A DNA stretch of 64,000 nt, taken from contig CP170459.1 of NCBI GenBank assembly GCA_047947115.1, positions 3,840,001 to 3,904,000 of the forward strand, read 5' to 3'. The position numbers and the translations under genes are program-made. This document shows, piece after piece, positions 41,242 to 51,797 of the stretch. Within the stretch, counting starts at the first letter, position 1. The number at the start of each line of letters is the position of its first letter. The notes under the pieces were generated by a model, which saw only the letters and a program-made list of their open reading frames with translations, was not told the DNA's origin and did no database searches. The DNA comes from Verrucomicrobiota bacterium (GTDB taxonomy: Bacteria > Verrucomicrobiota > Verrucomicrobiia > Limisphaerales > AAA164-E04).

Positions 41242-42228
41242 TCAAAAGGCACTTACTTTAATTGCGCTCGCAAGATGAACGGCAGAGGTGAAAGCACCTT
41301 CGATGCGCCCGCCCTCAGACCAGTCACCGCATGCCGCTAGTTTGAGATCCTGGTCGAGTAAGACTGAACATGCATCTCGCTTCGCATTGTTCGCGAAATG
41401 CCAGCCATGCACGGCCTTGAAACCAGCCCTACCGAGATTATGGCCAATGACGCGGCTGGTCTCATCGCTGAGGAGCTCGATGACAGCGTCCCGGTCATCG
41501 AAAAGATGCTTTTTGGCAAAGTCTGCCGAAGAATGTACGACGAGCGTCCAAGGGCCCGATCTGCCAGGCTTGGAGCTGTTAACAGCGATCCAGCTAATAT
41601 CAGCATGCACGACGTGCGCAGCATCAAAATCCAGTGCCAATTTTTCAGGGAAGCCCAGCATCAGAGCGAAACAGGGGAGCATCTCAATGCGCCGGATTCT
41701 GTCGTGATACCTGAATGAGGTTGGAAGGAGCTCCGCAGCCTGGGCCGAGGGAACAGTGGAGATGACCCAGTTGTAGTCACCATGAATTCTTCCTTGTTCA
41801 TCCAAAAGGTGCCATGTGCCATTTACACGTTGCAATGCGCTTATTTTCGTTTTAAGGTGAATATTAAGACCCTCAGCCAGTTTTTTAGAGATGTTGTTCA
41901 TGCCTGGCACCCCCACATACCTCGGCTCATCGCTGATCCAGTATTGCCGCTCGATCACGGTGTCACGGTCAATTATCACATGACGGGCATTCCACCGTTT
42001 AATCAGCCCCGATTGAATAAAGGGTTCTATAAAAGACTGAAATGCCTCGGTTCGAACTGTGAAATACTGCGCACCATGATCAAAAGGATATGGTCCCGCA
42101 CGCCGCGTGGACATTCGACCACTCACAGCACGCGCTTTCTCAAAGAGCGTGACAACCGCTTGTTCCCCCAACAAATGCGAAATTGAAAGCGCTGATATGC
42201 CTGCTCCGATTATGGCGACCCTTATCAT
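41242..42228 (-). CDS. NAD/FAD-dependent oxidoreductase (renalase-like)
   Basis: IIGAGIS, GRMSTRR, FDHGAQYFT, CGDW..GGRIEGAF. Confidence 0.88.
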   Translation of the reverse strand: MIRVAIIGAGISALSISHLLGEQAVVTLFEKARAVSGRMSTRRAGPYPFDHGAQYFTVRTEAFQSFIEPFIQSGLIKRWNARHVIIDRDTVIERQYWISDEPRYVGVPGMNNISKKLAEGLNIHLKTKISALQRVNGTWHLLDEQGRIHGDYNWVISTVPSAQAAELLPTSFRYHDRIRRIEMLPCFALMLGFPEKLALDFDAAHVVHADISWIAVNSSKPGRSGPWTLVVHSSADFAKKHLFDDRDAVIELLSDETSRVIGHNLGRAGFKAVHGWHFANNAKRDACSVLLDQDLKLAACGDWSEGGRIEGAFTSAVHLASAIKVSAF

Positions 42229-42666
42229 AATTTTTAGCGACTGATCGCAATTCGCGCCAATCTGTATTGGTTCATTTTGGTGACAAATGGCAATCTTTCT
42301 GCGATGTGAAAGGCCTCTCCTAAGGAGGCATCGCAGGTAATTTTAACTTTAAATTTGGCTTTTCAAGATTTAATTCGTCTAATTTATGTCTTTTCTAACT
42401 ATAAATCCGCACACCTGAGAATTTTGAGCTTCAAATAGGCTTCTTGGAATGTTCATTTCACAAATTTGGCAGTAGGAATACCTAGCTTCACCCACTCTCA
42501 CTATCACCTCGGAATTTGATTTTCATAAACAAAACCTTGACAAAATTAAAAATGATGTTTAGTCAATCTAGGAGTAGGGTTGCAAATAGTCCAATGATCC
42601 AGTTCTAAACTGGATCAAGAGAAGCTTTCCGGTTCAGTGACAGTGACCAAACATCAAAAAATTACC

Positions 42667-42894
42667 ATGGAAAAACAAAGTAATTCGGAACAAAACACCC
42701 AACCATTATCATTCAAGAAAGTCGATACACCATTTGCTGTTGCAGCCTTTGCGAGCTTGGTCGGCAGTGTTTTTCTGTGGTTTGTAGTAGATCGAGGCCC
42801 CGGCCTTTTCGTTGGAATGTGGGTACCAAGCATTGTAGGATTGTGGTGCGTGGTCCGCCTAATTCTCCTCACCAACATCATACGTAACCAATAA
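42667..42894 (+). CDS. Small membrane protein
   Basis: Two hydrophobic segments; GLFVGMWVPSI. Confidence 0.55.
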   Translation: MEKQSNSEQNTQPLSFKKVDTPFAVAAFASLVGSVFLWFVVDRGPGLFVGMWVPSIVGLWCVVRLILLTNIIRNQ

Positions 42895-43569
42895 TTTAAG
42901 CAAATGACACTTTTCCCTGTTTTTGCGTTCGGACTTGTAATAACTGGCATCGTCATCAAGGGTATTCTGAACGCTAGACTAATGTACAGAGACGGAGAAG
43001 ATATACGAAATAATCGCTGACTAGGCCGATCGGAATGGCAAGATCTAACAAGTGTCTTGGGGATAAAAACTGTGGTCGTGAAGCATCAAAATTTACTCCA
43101 CAACACAGCACCGTGGTCCATGACTTCATACATGAAGGCTGGTTGACTGTTCCTGTTCTAATTTTGCGTGTTCGTTAGTATCATAATTATCTTTGGGATC
43201 GAATTATGAAACCTCAAAACTTATGGTTTCCTCAGGCGTTGTCATAGCTGTTACTGCCACGTCCAGATTGTTAGCAGATCCTGCGAAAATGCTATTTCAA
43301 ATCAAGGCATATAGGGACGGTATCACACATCAAAGCATTTGGTCACGAAGCTTCATGCGGGCGGACACTTCGAAGCCTTTGGAGAATGACACAGATATCT
43401 TCGGCCACCAGGATTCATATTGCCGGCCGTCGACTTTCTGGCCCAAGTTGAGTGATAAGTTAGGGTGATCATATCACGCCGGGGCGGTGGTGCAAGATTC
43501 TTCCGGAATGGAGGCCGTAGCCGTAACGCAGGAAGAATCTTGGCTCAGTTCGAATGATTCTTGGCAAAC

Positions 43570-44378
43570 TCCACTGGGGTCTGCATCCCGAGACTTCTAT
43601 GCTGACAAACTTGGTTATACTTCCACTTCCAATCCTTCACCACTACTCGACATTCACTCATTGTGTAGAATATTTCTCGCCCCAGGCATTCCCTTCGGAA
43701 CTTGTCATGGAAACTCTCCACATACCCATTCTGTCATGGACTACCTGGTTCGATGTAGAGCGTTTTAATGTCGCGTTCTTCGAGCCACTGACTCAAGGAC
43801 CGGCCGATGAATTCCGGTCCATTATCTGACCGGACAAAGTCGGGCGAGCCGTGTTCAGCGATCAATTTCTCCATCAGTGCTTGAACCGTCTTTGAACCTA
43901 TGTGACGGGCTACGTGTAGACAATGAGCTTGCCTTGTGTATTCATCAACGACACTCAAGATACGGCAACTACTTCCCTTGAGAGTCCAGTCATGGATAAA
44001 ATCCCATGTCCAAACATGTCCTGGATATGATGCCTTTTGAGGATGGCGCCCCGTAGATTGCCCCAATCGCCGCTGCTTCTTCTTAGGTGGAGGAACGACC
44101 AGCCCCTCTTGGCGTCGAACTTGCCGGACTCGATCATTGCTGACACGCAACTTCTTGTTGCGCACCAGTCGTCCGATTTTCTCAGCCACCCATTCCGGAT
44201 ACTCGTGACTGAGCCTGACGACGGCTTGTTCCACGACACATCGGTATGGGGATGGGAATTTAGCTTCATAGCGGAAGGTGGATCGGTTCAGTTCAAAGAA
44301 GCGGCAAACTTGCCGCTGTGAACATCCAATCTCCTTATGAACCTGCTTGGCCAGGTCGCGACGATGAGCGGGGCTTAG
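43570..44378 (-). pseudogene. IS3 transposase OrfB (rve) with a TGG>TGA nonsense change
   Basis: WTWDF, VDEYTR, SDNGPEF, PGSP*QNGYVESF continuing in frame after the stop at 43734. Confidence 0.85.
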
Positions 44379-44644
44379 AGCTTTTTTTCGAGTGTCTCTT
44401 TGAGGACTTTGATCCCGAGCATAGCTTCCGCATACATTTTTTTGAGCTCGGCATTCTCTTTTTCCAGTGCCTTTAACCGCTTGGCGTCGGCTTCGATCAT
44501 GAGGCCATACTTTTTGCGCCATCGATGGAGAGTGGCAATGGAGACCTGCTTCTGTCGGCAAAATGCCTCTTGGTTGAGATCGCTGCTATCGCATTCGCGC
44601 AACAGGCGAATGATTTCTTCTGGCTTATGTCTTTTTTGCTTCAT
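44375..44644 (-). CDS. IS3 transposase OrfA
   Basis: MKQKRHKPEEIIRLL...RLKALEKENAELKK. Confidence 0.88.
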   Translation of the reverse strand: MKQKRHKPEEIIRLLRECDSSDLNQEAFCRQKQVSIATLHRWRKKYGLMIEADAKRLKALEKENAELKKMYAEAMLGIKVLKETLEKKL

Positions 44645-44712
44645 TGTGAGTCGTTTTGGTTATTCAAAACTTCTCACTCGTTTTGGGCCAGTTTTTCAGG
44701 CGGCGGCCACTA

Positions 44713-47700
44713 TCAGGGGGCCTGATACAATAATCTCCAAAACTGCGTTTCCTGTGATTGCCTCACAAAAATGCTCATTGGCCCTGAGCTTTGGTTGGTA
44801 ATGAATTGGTAATCCTGCCAGTTGGTTAAATCATTAGAGTATTGGAGGATGTAGTTCCTGTTATCTTCCACTTGGAATTCAAGTTCAATCGCCCTGTGGA
44901 TGGTAAGGGGAGCACTTCCATTTTGATCCGGATCTGGGTCTGGATCTGGGTCTGGGGCAACTGCAGCGGACAAGTTAATGGTGTACAAATTGTGATTTGG
45001 GATTTCACCAAAGCGCAAACCACTGCTTTCAGCTGTGTCGTATCTAGAAAAGACCAGTTGATTGCCATCGGGAGACCAACTTGGATCCGCCTCACGTAAG
45101 GCATCATTGGTGAGTATCACTTCAATTTCCTGTTCGATGTGATAGAAGGCCAGATCCACTTGTTTGTTGCCCCCTGATTCGTGAACGAATGCGATGGACG
45201 AGTCGTCTGGGCTTATCTCCGGTGAGCGATTGATGGCACCGTTTTGCAAGCCGGATGAAGTCAGTCGTATGGGTTCAACTGAGCCATCGATTTGTCTCAT
45301 GAATAAATCGACTCCTTTGCCACTTGGTTCAGGCAGCACGAACCATGTTCCATCCGAATTGATGGAGCCACCCATGTGATGAATAAAATCTGGACTTCGT
45401 GATTGGAGGGCTATGTGAACATAACCGAATGCATCGGCCATGCGTCCATTCATCTCGCCGAAGGGAGCTGAGCGGATGCTGATGTTTTCTTGTCCATAAC
45501 GGGATCCAAATCGCCAAAGAAAGGTTGATTTGTCCCGACTCAAGGCAAACATCAAACCTCCTCCCCCTCCGTTAATGACGGCCAGGGAGCGAAAATCAGT
45601 CTGGCTGATATCTACTGCCTGGTCTGATTCCTTCCATTTAATTTCGATGTATTCATGCAGGCCGACTCGCTCCTCAGTCAGGATTTCTTCCCCAGTTCCC
45701 GACCAAGTAGGGTGATGTGCCACCCCATATCGACTGTTTGCACCGGTAATGATAAGGCGTTCGTCATGCCCCTCGGCTTCGACTAAACCAATATTCCACA
45801 CATCAGGGCTATTGGATGGTGGTCGGTTGGAAGCATAGATGATTTGATTTTTGCTCGGGTGCCACGATGGGGTGATTTCATCTGCTGGATCGAAGGTGAT
45901 CCTGACGGGTGTCAGCGCACATTCTTCTGCCGAGAGAACCGACTGTGCCCTAATTTGGATGAGCTGAGGTAAGGCGTCAAATCCAGTATTGATGCTGATC
46001 AGATTGAAATATTTCCCTATTTCACGTGGTTCAAGGAGTAGCTCGATAAGCAAGATATCACCTTCCTGGTAGCTACCTACTGGATGATTCCTGAAGGTGA
46101 TCTCAGACGAGCCCGCTTCCAGCCCAATTATTTCGACATCTCGGAGTATAGGAATCCGCGCGGAGAAAGGATTGGCTTCATTCAGGACAGCGCAACCAAG
46201 GCCGAAGGCCTGTTGCCCAAAAGGAGATAAGTTGTTAATCCATTGATTTGGGTCAGGTTCGTCATCATTCCAACCCGCTGGAGGAGTCGCCGCTGGATTA
46301 TTCCACATGACATATTCGCTTACTTTTTGTCTACCTTCTAGGTCTGCGTTGGTTTGATTGATTAGACCAAGCCCATCGGTATCAAGCGTATCCAGTGGGC
46401 CGGAAGGATCATCCCAGTAGTTACCCAACGATGCATCCACTACATGTTTGGTTGCGTTGTAGATGCCGTACTGTTTGTTGTCAGAAAAAGCGGAATAATA
46501 GATTGCCATCAAAGGACCTGAGGACGCGTTTGCATAAACCCCATATTCATTACCAGTGAACAAACTGTTTGTGATGGTGACGCCCACCTCTCCAGCGGAA
46601 TTTTGTACCCTAACCCCAGTTTGGCGAGAGTTCGTAAAAACGCAGCTATCTATGATGGCTGGTCCACCGTTAACAAAAAGCATGGCATAGTTGTAATTGA
46701 TTGACCCTCCTCCTCCTGAAAAAAGACAATGACTGAATTGGCTGGTTGCTTCGGTGGATCTGAGCACAACAGCTCCCCATGAAGTTTCATTTTCGTGGCG
46801 AACAAATTCAATGGGTTGATCTGGAGTGCCCACAGCCTGTATGCTTCCATTACTCGCCTGAATGTAACCGCTATAGCCCAATTCAAGACGGCAGCCTGGG
46901 GAGACAGTCAGTTTAGCATTCCCCTGAAGCGATATAGTTTGGTTGAGGTGATAAGGCAAACCATCCGCATCAAAGGTGATGTTTTTATTAACCTCCCCAG
47001 CACCCACTGAAATTGCGTTGATGCCGTTGCCCTCAGCTGTGTTATGATGATGGACTGGATCTGATTCAGGTGTCATGCGGATCGCTGGACCCTGATTGTC
47101 AATAAAATCACATTGAGTAATCTCAGGATCGCAATTCCGTATATAAATACCCGGTCCAGAGCTTCCTCTAAATGTACAGTGAAAGAATTCGGCGGAAGAT
47201 TCATAAAGAGCCAGCATGGCATAGTTGTAATTGATTGACCCTCCTCCTCCTGAAAAAAGACAATGACTGAATTGGCTGGTTGCTTCGGTGGATCTGAGCA
47301 CAACAGCTCCCCATGAAGTTTCATTTTCGTGGCGAACAAATTCAATGGGTTGCTCTGGAGTGCCCAAAGCCTTTATGCCTCCATTACTCGCCTGAATGTA
47401 ACCGCTATAGCCCAATTCAAGACGGCAGCCTGGGGAGACAGTCAGTTTAGCATTCCCCTGAAGCGATATAGTTTGGTTGAGGTGATAAGGCAAACCATCC
47501 GCATCAAAGGTGATGTTTTTATTAACCTCCCCAGCACCCACTGAAATTGCGTTGATGCCGTTGCCCTCAGCTGTGTTATGATGATGGACTGGATCTGATT
47601 CAGGTGTCATGCGGATCGCTGGACCCTGATTGTCAATAAAATCACATTGAGTAATCTCAGGATCGCAATTCCGTATATAAATACCCGGTCCAGAGCTTCC

Positions 47701-48858
47701 TCTAAATGTACAGTGAAAGAATTCGGCGGAAGATTCATAAAGAGCCAGCATGGCATAGTTGTAATTGATTGACCCTCCTCCTCCTGAAAAAAGACAATGA
47801 CTGAATTGGCTGGTTGCTTCGGTGGATCTGAGCACAACAGCTCCCCATGAAGTTTCATTTTCGTGGCGAACAAATTCAATGGGTTGCTCTGGAGTGCCCA
47901 AAGCCTTTATGCCTCCATTACTCGCCTGAATGTAACCGCTATAGCCCAATTCAAGACGGCAGCCTGGGGAGACAGTCAGTTTAGCATTCCCCTGAAGCGA
48001 TATAGAATTGTTGAGGTGATAAGGCAAACCATCCGCATCAAAGGTGATGTTTTTATTAACCTCCCCAGCACCCACTGAAATTGCGTTGATGCCGTTGCCC
48101 TCAGCTGTGTTATGATGATGGACTGGATCTGATTCAGGTGTCATCAGGATCGCTGGACCCTGATTGTCAATGAAATCACATTGAGTAATCTCAGGATCGC
48201 AATTCCGTATATGAATACCCGGTCCTCGGCTCCCTTTAAATGTGCACTGAGAGAATTCGGCGGAAGATTCATAAAGAGCCAGCATGGCATAGCCGTAATT
48301 TATTTGCCTTCCCCCTCCTGAAAAAAGACAATGGCTGAATTGGCTGGTTGCTTCGGTAGATCTGAGCACGACAGCTCCCCAAGCTTCATTTCTGGCGTCT
48401 GGAACAAATTTAATGGGTTGCTCTGGAGTTCCTAATGCCGTGATCTGACCACGTATGTCGAGATTTCCAAAAACGCCGAGATAAATAATGGAGCCCGGCT
48501 CAATGATGACTTTTTGATGCTCTTCAATGGTAAGATTGTCATCAACCCATACGCTGCCCCTGATTCGATACGTTGAGGTGTTAGGGTCTGCAATCCATTT
48601 TTCCTGGGCTTGGAGGGACAGATGCCCAAATAAGTAAATCAGGCACATCATGAATAGACGATTTAAGGTTCTCATAAAAAGTGGTGTGGTAGGACGCGAT
48701 TTGTTGCTCCATCCAGTGATAGGCATATTTATGAATAGCTTTTGAAGATCCGTTGTTTCATTTTTCATATTGCTGTTCTGGGTGTTCTTTGGAAGCGACC
48801 TACCAACTGAACTATCTCTCTCAGACCATTTTGTTTGCCAATCACGAAAATGTTGCAA
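44713..48858 (-). CDS. Large secreted protein: tandem beta-helix repeats, PD40/TolB-like propeller and C-terminal sorting-like domain
   Basis: 178-aa repeats; NYWDDPSGP; PSWHP, SPDD and PSWSPDG motifs; true start probably downstream of 48858. Confidence 0.8.
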   Translation of the reverse strand: MQHFRDWQTKWSERDSSVGRSLPKNTQNSNMKNETTDLQKLFINMPITGWSNKSRPTTPLFMRTLNRLFMMCLIYLFGHLSLQAQEKWIADPNTSTYRIRGSVWVDDNLTIEEHQKVIIEPGSIIYLGVFGNLDIRGQITALGTPEQPIKFVPDARNEAWGAVVLRSTEATSQFSHCLFSGGGRQINYGYAMLALYESSAEFSQCTFKGSRGPGIHIRNCDPEITQCDFIDNQGPAILMTPESDPVHHHNTAEGNGINAISVGAGEVNKNITFDADGLPYHLNNSISLQGNAKLTVSPGCRLELGYSGYIQASNGGIKALGTPEQPIEFVRHENETSWGAVVLRSTEATSQFSHCLFSGGGGSINYNYAMLALYESSAEFFHCTFRGSSGPGIYIRNCDPEITQCDFIDNQGPAIRMTPESDPVHHHNTAEGNGINAISVGAGEVNKNITFDADGLPYHLNQTISLQGNAKLTVSPGCRLELGYSGYIQASNGGIKALGTPEQPIEFVRHENETSWGAVVLRSTEATSQFSHCLFSGGGGSINYNYAMLALYESSAEFFHCTFRGSSGPGIYIRNCDPEITQCDFIDNQGPAIRMTPESDPVHHHNTAEGNGINAISVGAGEVNKNITFDADGLPYHLNQTISLQGNAKLTVSPGCRLELGYSGYIQASNGSIQAVGTPDQPIEFVRHENETSWGAVVLRSTEATSQFSHCLFSGGGGSINYNYAMLFVNGGPAIIDSCVFTNSRQTGVRVQNSAGEVGVTITNSLFTGNEYGVYANASSGPLMAIYYSAFSDNKQYGIYNATKHVVDASLGNYWDDPSGPLDTLDTDGLGLINQTNADLEGRQKVSEYVMWNNPAATPPAGWNDDEPDPNQWINNLSPFGQQAFGLGCAVLNEANPFSARIPILRDVEIIGLEAGSSEITFRNHPVGSYQEGDILLIELLLEPREIGKYFNLISINTGFDALPQLIQIRAQSVLSAEECALTPVRITFDPADEITPSWHPSKNQIIYASNRPPSNSPDVWNIGLVEAEGHDERLIITGANSRYGVAHHPTWSGTGEEILTEERVGLHEYIEIKWKESDQAVDISQTDFRSLAVINGGGGGLMFALSRDKSTFLWRFGSRYGQENISIRSAPFGEMNGRMADAFGYVHIALQSRSPDFIHHMGGSINSDGTWFVLPEPSGKGVDLFMRQIDGSVEPIRLTSSGLQNGAINRSPEISPDDSSIAFVHESGGNKQVDLAFYHIEQEIEVILTNDALREADPSWSPDGNQLVFSRYDTAESSGLRFGEIPNHNLYTINLSAAVAPDPDPDPDPDQNGSAPLTIHRAIELEFQVEDNRNYILQYSNDLTNWQDYQFITNQSSGPMSIFVRQSQETQFWRLLYQAP
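46681..48435. repeat. 534-bp intragenic tandem repeat, ~3.3 copies
   Basis: CATGGCATAG anchor at 46681, 47215, 47749 and 48283; middle copies essentially identical. Confidence 0.93.
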
Positions 48859-49152
48859 ATAAAACGTATCCAGAAAGCGTTTTTAAACAGCACAAGGCGC
48901 ATGGAATGTAAGGTTTAAGAAATAAGTTGCTCGATGTATTTTGTTGACAAAAAGATTAGAAAGAAACTTCCCAAAGGAGATGCTATATAGCATTCAACTA
49001 ATAATTGCTCTTAATTGGATTTATTTGAAAAACCCTGAAAAAGTTAAGGCACACACGATTTTCAGTCAATCATTTCGTCCCATTTCTCGAAGAAACCTCT
49101 GATATATCCATCTGCTTCTAACGCCAGCCCTCGATGACCCTGCTGGACTGCC

Positions 49153-49295
49153 TGGGACCCCTGAATTAAGTCCACCTTGAGTGATAGGATTTTCCAGTTA
49201 AGAAAGGATAATCCTAATGAAAAAGACACGTAGAACGACCGAACAGATCATCCGCATCCTTCGTGACAGCGAAGGACTGAGTGTGGATGAAGACA
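49153..49295 (+). pseudogene. IS3-family left end plus truncated orfA
   Basis: IR-like ...GTCCACCTTGAGTGATAG, then MKKTRRTTEQIIRILRDSEG from 49217. Confidence 0.6.
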
Positions 49296-50098
49296 GCCTA
49301 ATTGCAACCAACGAGTGACAGCGCAATTACGGTCTAATTCTGTAAAAGCGATGTGCGGCACCCTCGTCTAAATCTACCTCTGAAGCCCCACCAGTGGCCA
49401 CAATAACAATCCTCCAGAGTTTCCAAGGACCATCTGGACTGTCAGCCACATCGATAGTCTTAACCTCTCCTGGCACGCCTTTTACGGTTACCACTGGAGC
49501 AAGCCGGATTTCTAACGATTCCTCAGGGCCTGTTAAATCTGTTTCAGGGAATAAAAAGCCGTTAGGCCAGGCTAACTCTAAGCCTATTCTTATAGCTTCA
49601 GATTCAGAGTGGAATCGCTCAGGTATGAGTGCCTGAGTCAAAAAATCGCACCCATAAAATGCCTGCTCTTTTATGGTGGTAGTTCCCTCTGGTGCGCCAG
49701 CTGAGCGCAGATCTCGACAAAAAGCAAAGGCCTGAAAGCCAATTGTATGCACTGTTCGGGGCAATGCCACTGTTTCTAATCCAGTCCGAACGAAAGCAAA
49801 ATTCGATATGGTCGTCACACCGACTGGCAAATTGATAGACTTTAGCTGTTCGCAATTCATAAAACAGCCCTCCGGAACTACGTCAATATCCTCAGGCCAA
49901 TCCACAACAGATAGCTTTCTGCAGCCCACAAACAGCTCAACTCCCAGCTTCGCTCCAGGCGGGATGCTAAAGCTGAGTAATGATTCGCAGTTTTGAAAGG
50001 CTCGCTGACCGATCGTCTTAATTGAGCTAGGAATTTGAATTCCCGTTATCAGGCTGCACCGCTGGAATGCATCCTTGCTTATGGTTGTGACCGGATAA

Positions 50099-51581
50099 GA
50101 GCCCGTTTAATAAGTGCTTGTTTTGAAAAACCGAATAATCCGAATCTCGTCCCGCTTCGATTTCATCAAGCTGCATAATAAAATGGTGGAAATCAGTAAA
50201 AGGACGGCGGGAGCCATATTTATCGCCCCCTGAGTCATCCATTCGCCAAAAATTATGACAAAAGCAGCCGCCAAAGCGGTAGCGAGGCTCGCTTCCCAGT
50301 TTCTTGGCTTGGCGAGGCCAAAGATTTTACGCATCAGCAATCCTAGGTTGAATGCTGCGCACTTCAGTGTGTGAATCTTGGTGACATTTTCCATTCCCTG
50401 GAGCCAGGTTCGACGTCCAGCTCCTGTTTCGCACACATGAGCAAATGTTCGCTCCACAAGTTCGCTTCGTTTTCGACTCAGTCGCTTACCCTTGACACTC
50501 CGAACTCTTCGTCGATTACCACGGAATGCGTGTTCGTAGCATTCCGGTTTGTCCACCCACTTACGCTTCTTTTGCTTCTTCTCTGGTATGTATGTGCGGA
50601 TACCCCACTGCGTGAGCCGTTCCAACAATGCGTTGCTGTGATATCCCTTGTCCATCACCGCCTCTTCAACGGTCCTTTCTGATTCGATTAATTGTAGATT
50701 GGCTTCAGCCAAGATGAGGCTCTCAGGCCTCTTGGTTGTATCGCCTTGATCTGCATGTGTGAAATGACAAGAAACAATTGCCTCGGTTTCCAAGTCCACC
50801 GAATGTTCAGCCTTATATGCAAGATGTGTGCGCCCATCTTTCATCTTGGTAATGCGGCTGTCCGGATCTGACTTGCTTTGCCATTCTTTGTTGGAAACTT
50901 TCTTCCCCTTACGCCCTCGGTCGATGCGCTGAATATCTTCATCACTCGGATTTTCAATACCTTCTTCTTTGGCCAGTTCACGAAGGTATTCTTTCCAATC
51001 CTCACCCGTGCCTTTGCGCACGATGCTACGCATGGCTGCATTGGCTTCCAGGGTGGTGGCATCAACACCAAGAGTTTTTCCCTTCAAAAGCTTTTTCTCA
51101 TTGAGTTGTTCAAGGACAAAAAGGAAAACCTTGTGAAACACATCATCGGACAAGCGTTGACGGAAAATTGTCATCGATGCGTGAACAGGAGTTTTCTCCG
51201 TCAAACTGATACCGAGAAATTCACGCAGGCAAAGGCTGTCATGACATCTCCATGCGATACCTCGTTGACTGTTGAGCCCTTCAAAATATCCGATGAAAAT
51301 CATTCGGAAATAAATTCCGGGCGCAATACCTGGCCGACCAAAATTCTTGTAAAACGGGGCGCACAACTCTTCAACATAAGCATCAAATCCGCACTCATCG
51401 AAAACCTGATTGAGTTTGGAGTAAAACGGATGAGCCGGCGTTTTGGGAATCTGATTGGAGGCAATGAACAGTTCTTGCTGTTTCGTTTTCCGTTTGCCAA
51501 GTGCCATGGCAAAGACTTTACTTGATCATGTGATCAATCACGATTCTTTTCGTGAAGAATTGTGACTTTTTTAACGGGCTG
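50099..51581 (-). mobile_element. IS1182-family element with ATAA target duplication
   Basis: IRs (C/G)AGCCCGTT; ATAA at 50095-50098 and 51582-51585. Confidence 0.88.
50107..51507 (-). CDS. IS1182-family transposase
   Basis: HPFY, GRPGIAP, VDATTLEANAA, DPDSR, DKGYHS, RSELVERTFA. Confidence 0.88.
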   Translation of the reverse strand: MALGKRKTKQQELFIASNQIPKTPAHPFYSKLNQVFDECGFDAYVEELCAPFYKNFGRPGIAPGIYFRMIFIGYFEGLNSQRGIAWRCHDSLCLREFLGISLTEKTPVHASMTIFRQRLSDDVFHKVFLFVLEQLNEKKLLKGKTLGVDATTLEANAAMRSIVRKGTGEDWKEYLRELAKEEGIENPSDEDIQRIDRGRKGKKVSNKEWQSKSDPDSRITKMKDGRTHLAYKAEHSVDLETEAIVSCHFTHADQGDTTKRPESLILAEANLQLIESERTVEEAVMDKGYHSNALLERLTQWGIRTYIPEKKQKKRKWVDKPECYEHAFRGNRRRVRSVKGKRLSRKRSELVERTFAHVCETGAGRRTWLQGMENVTKIHTLKCAAFNLGLLMRKIFGLAKPRNWEASLATALAAAFVIIFGEWMTQGAINMAPAVLLLISTILLCSLMKSKRDEIRIIRFFKTSTY

Positions 51582-51797
51582 ATAACCGTCAATTTCCGAT
51601 GGAACAACTACGTTGCCGCGGGCTGATCGATCACAGCCCTGTATGTGGGCCTCCAGTTGCGTTATCGTGTAGGACAGAGCCCCATACTGCTGAGACTGTG
51701 CGGTAACTTGTGAGCAAAGCACCAAAGACATCACCCCCATAGCAAATGTAACATCGGATTCATCACTGGATTTACTATCATAATAGTCAACGCAAAC

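Larger units (their letters stand above)
43421..44709 (-). mobile_element. IS3-family element with inactivated orfB
   Basis: Imperfect TG-initiated IRs sharing CTGGCCCAA..GAGTGA; orfA/orfB with an A7G slippery site at 44381-44388. Confidence 0.85.
49327..51740 (-). pseudogene. BspA-like leucine-rich-repeat (LRR_5) surface protein interrupted by IS1182
   Basis: 5' part ...VVPSEIDGY (51740-51582) rejoins PVTTISKDAF... (50094-49327) in frame once the IS is removed. Confidence 0.88.
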
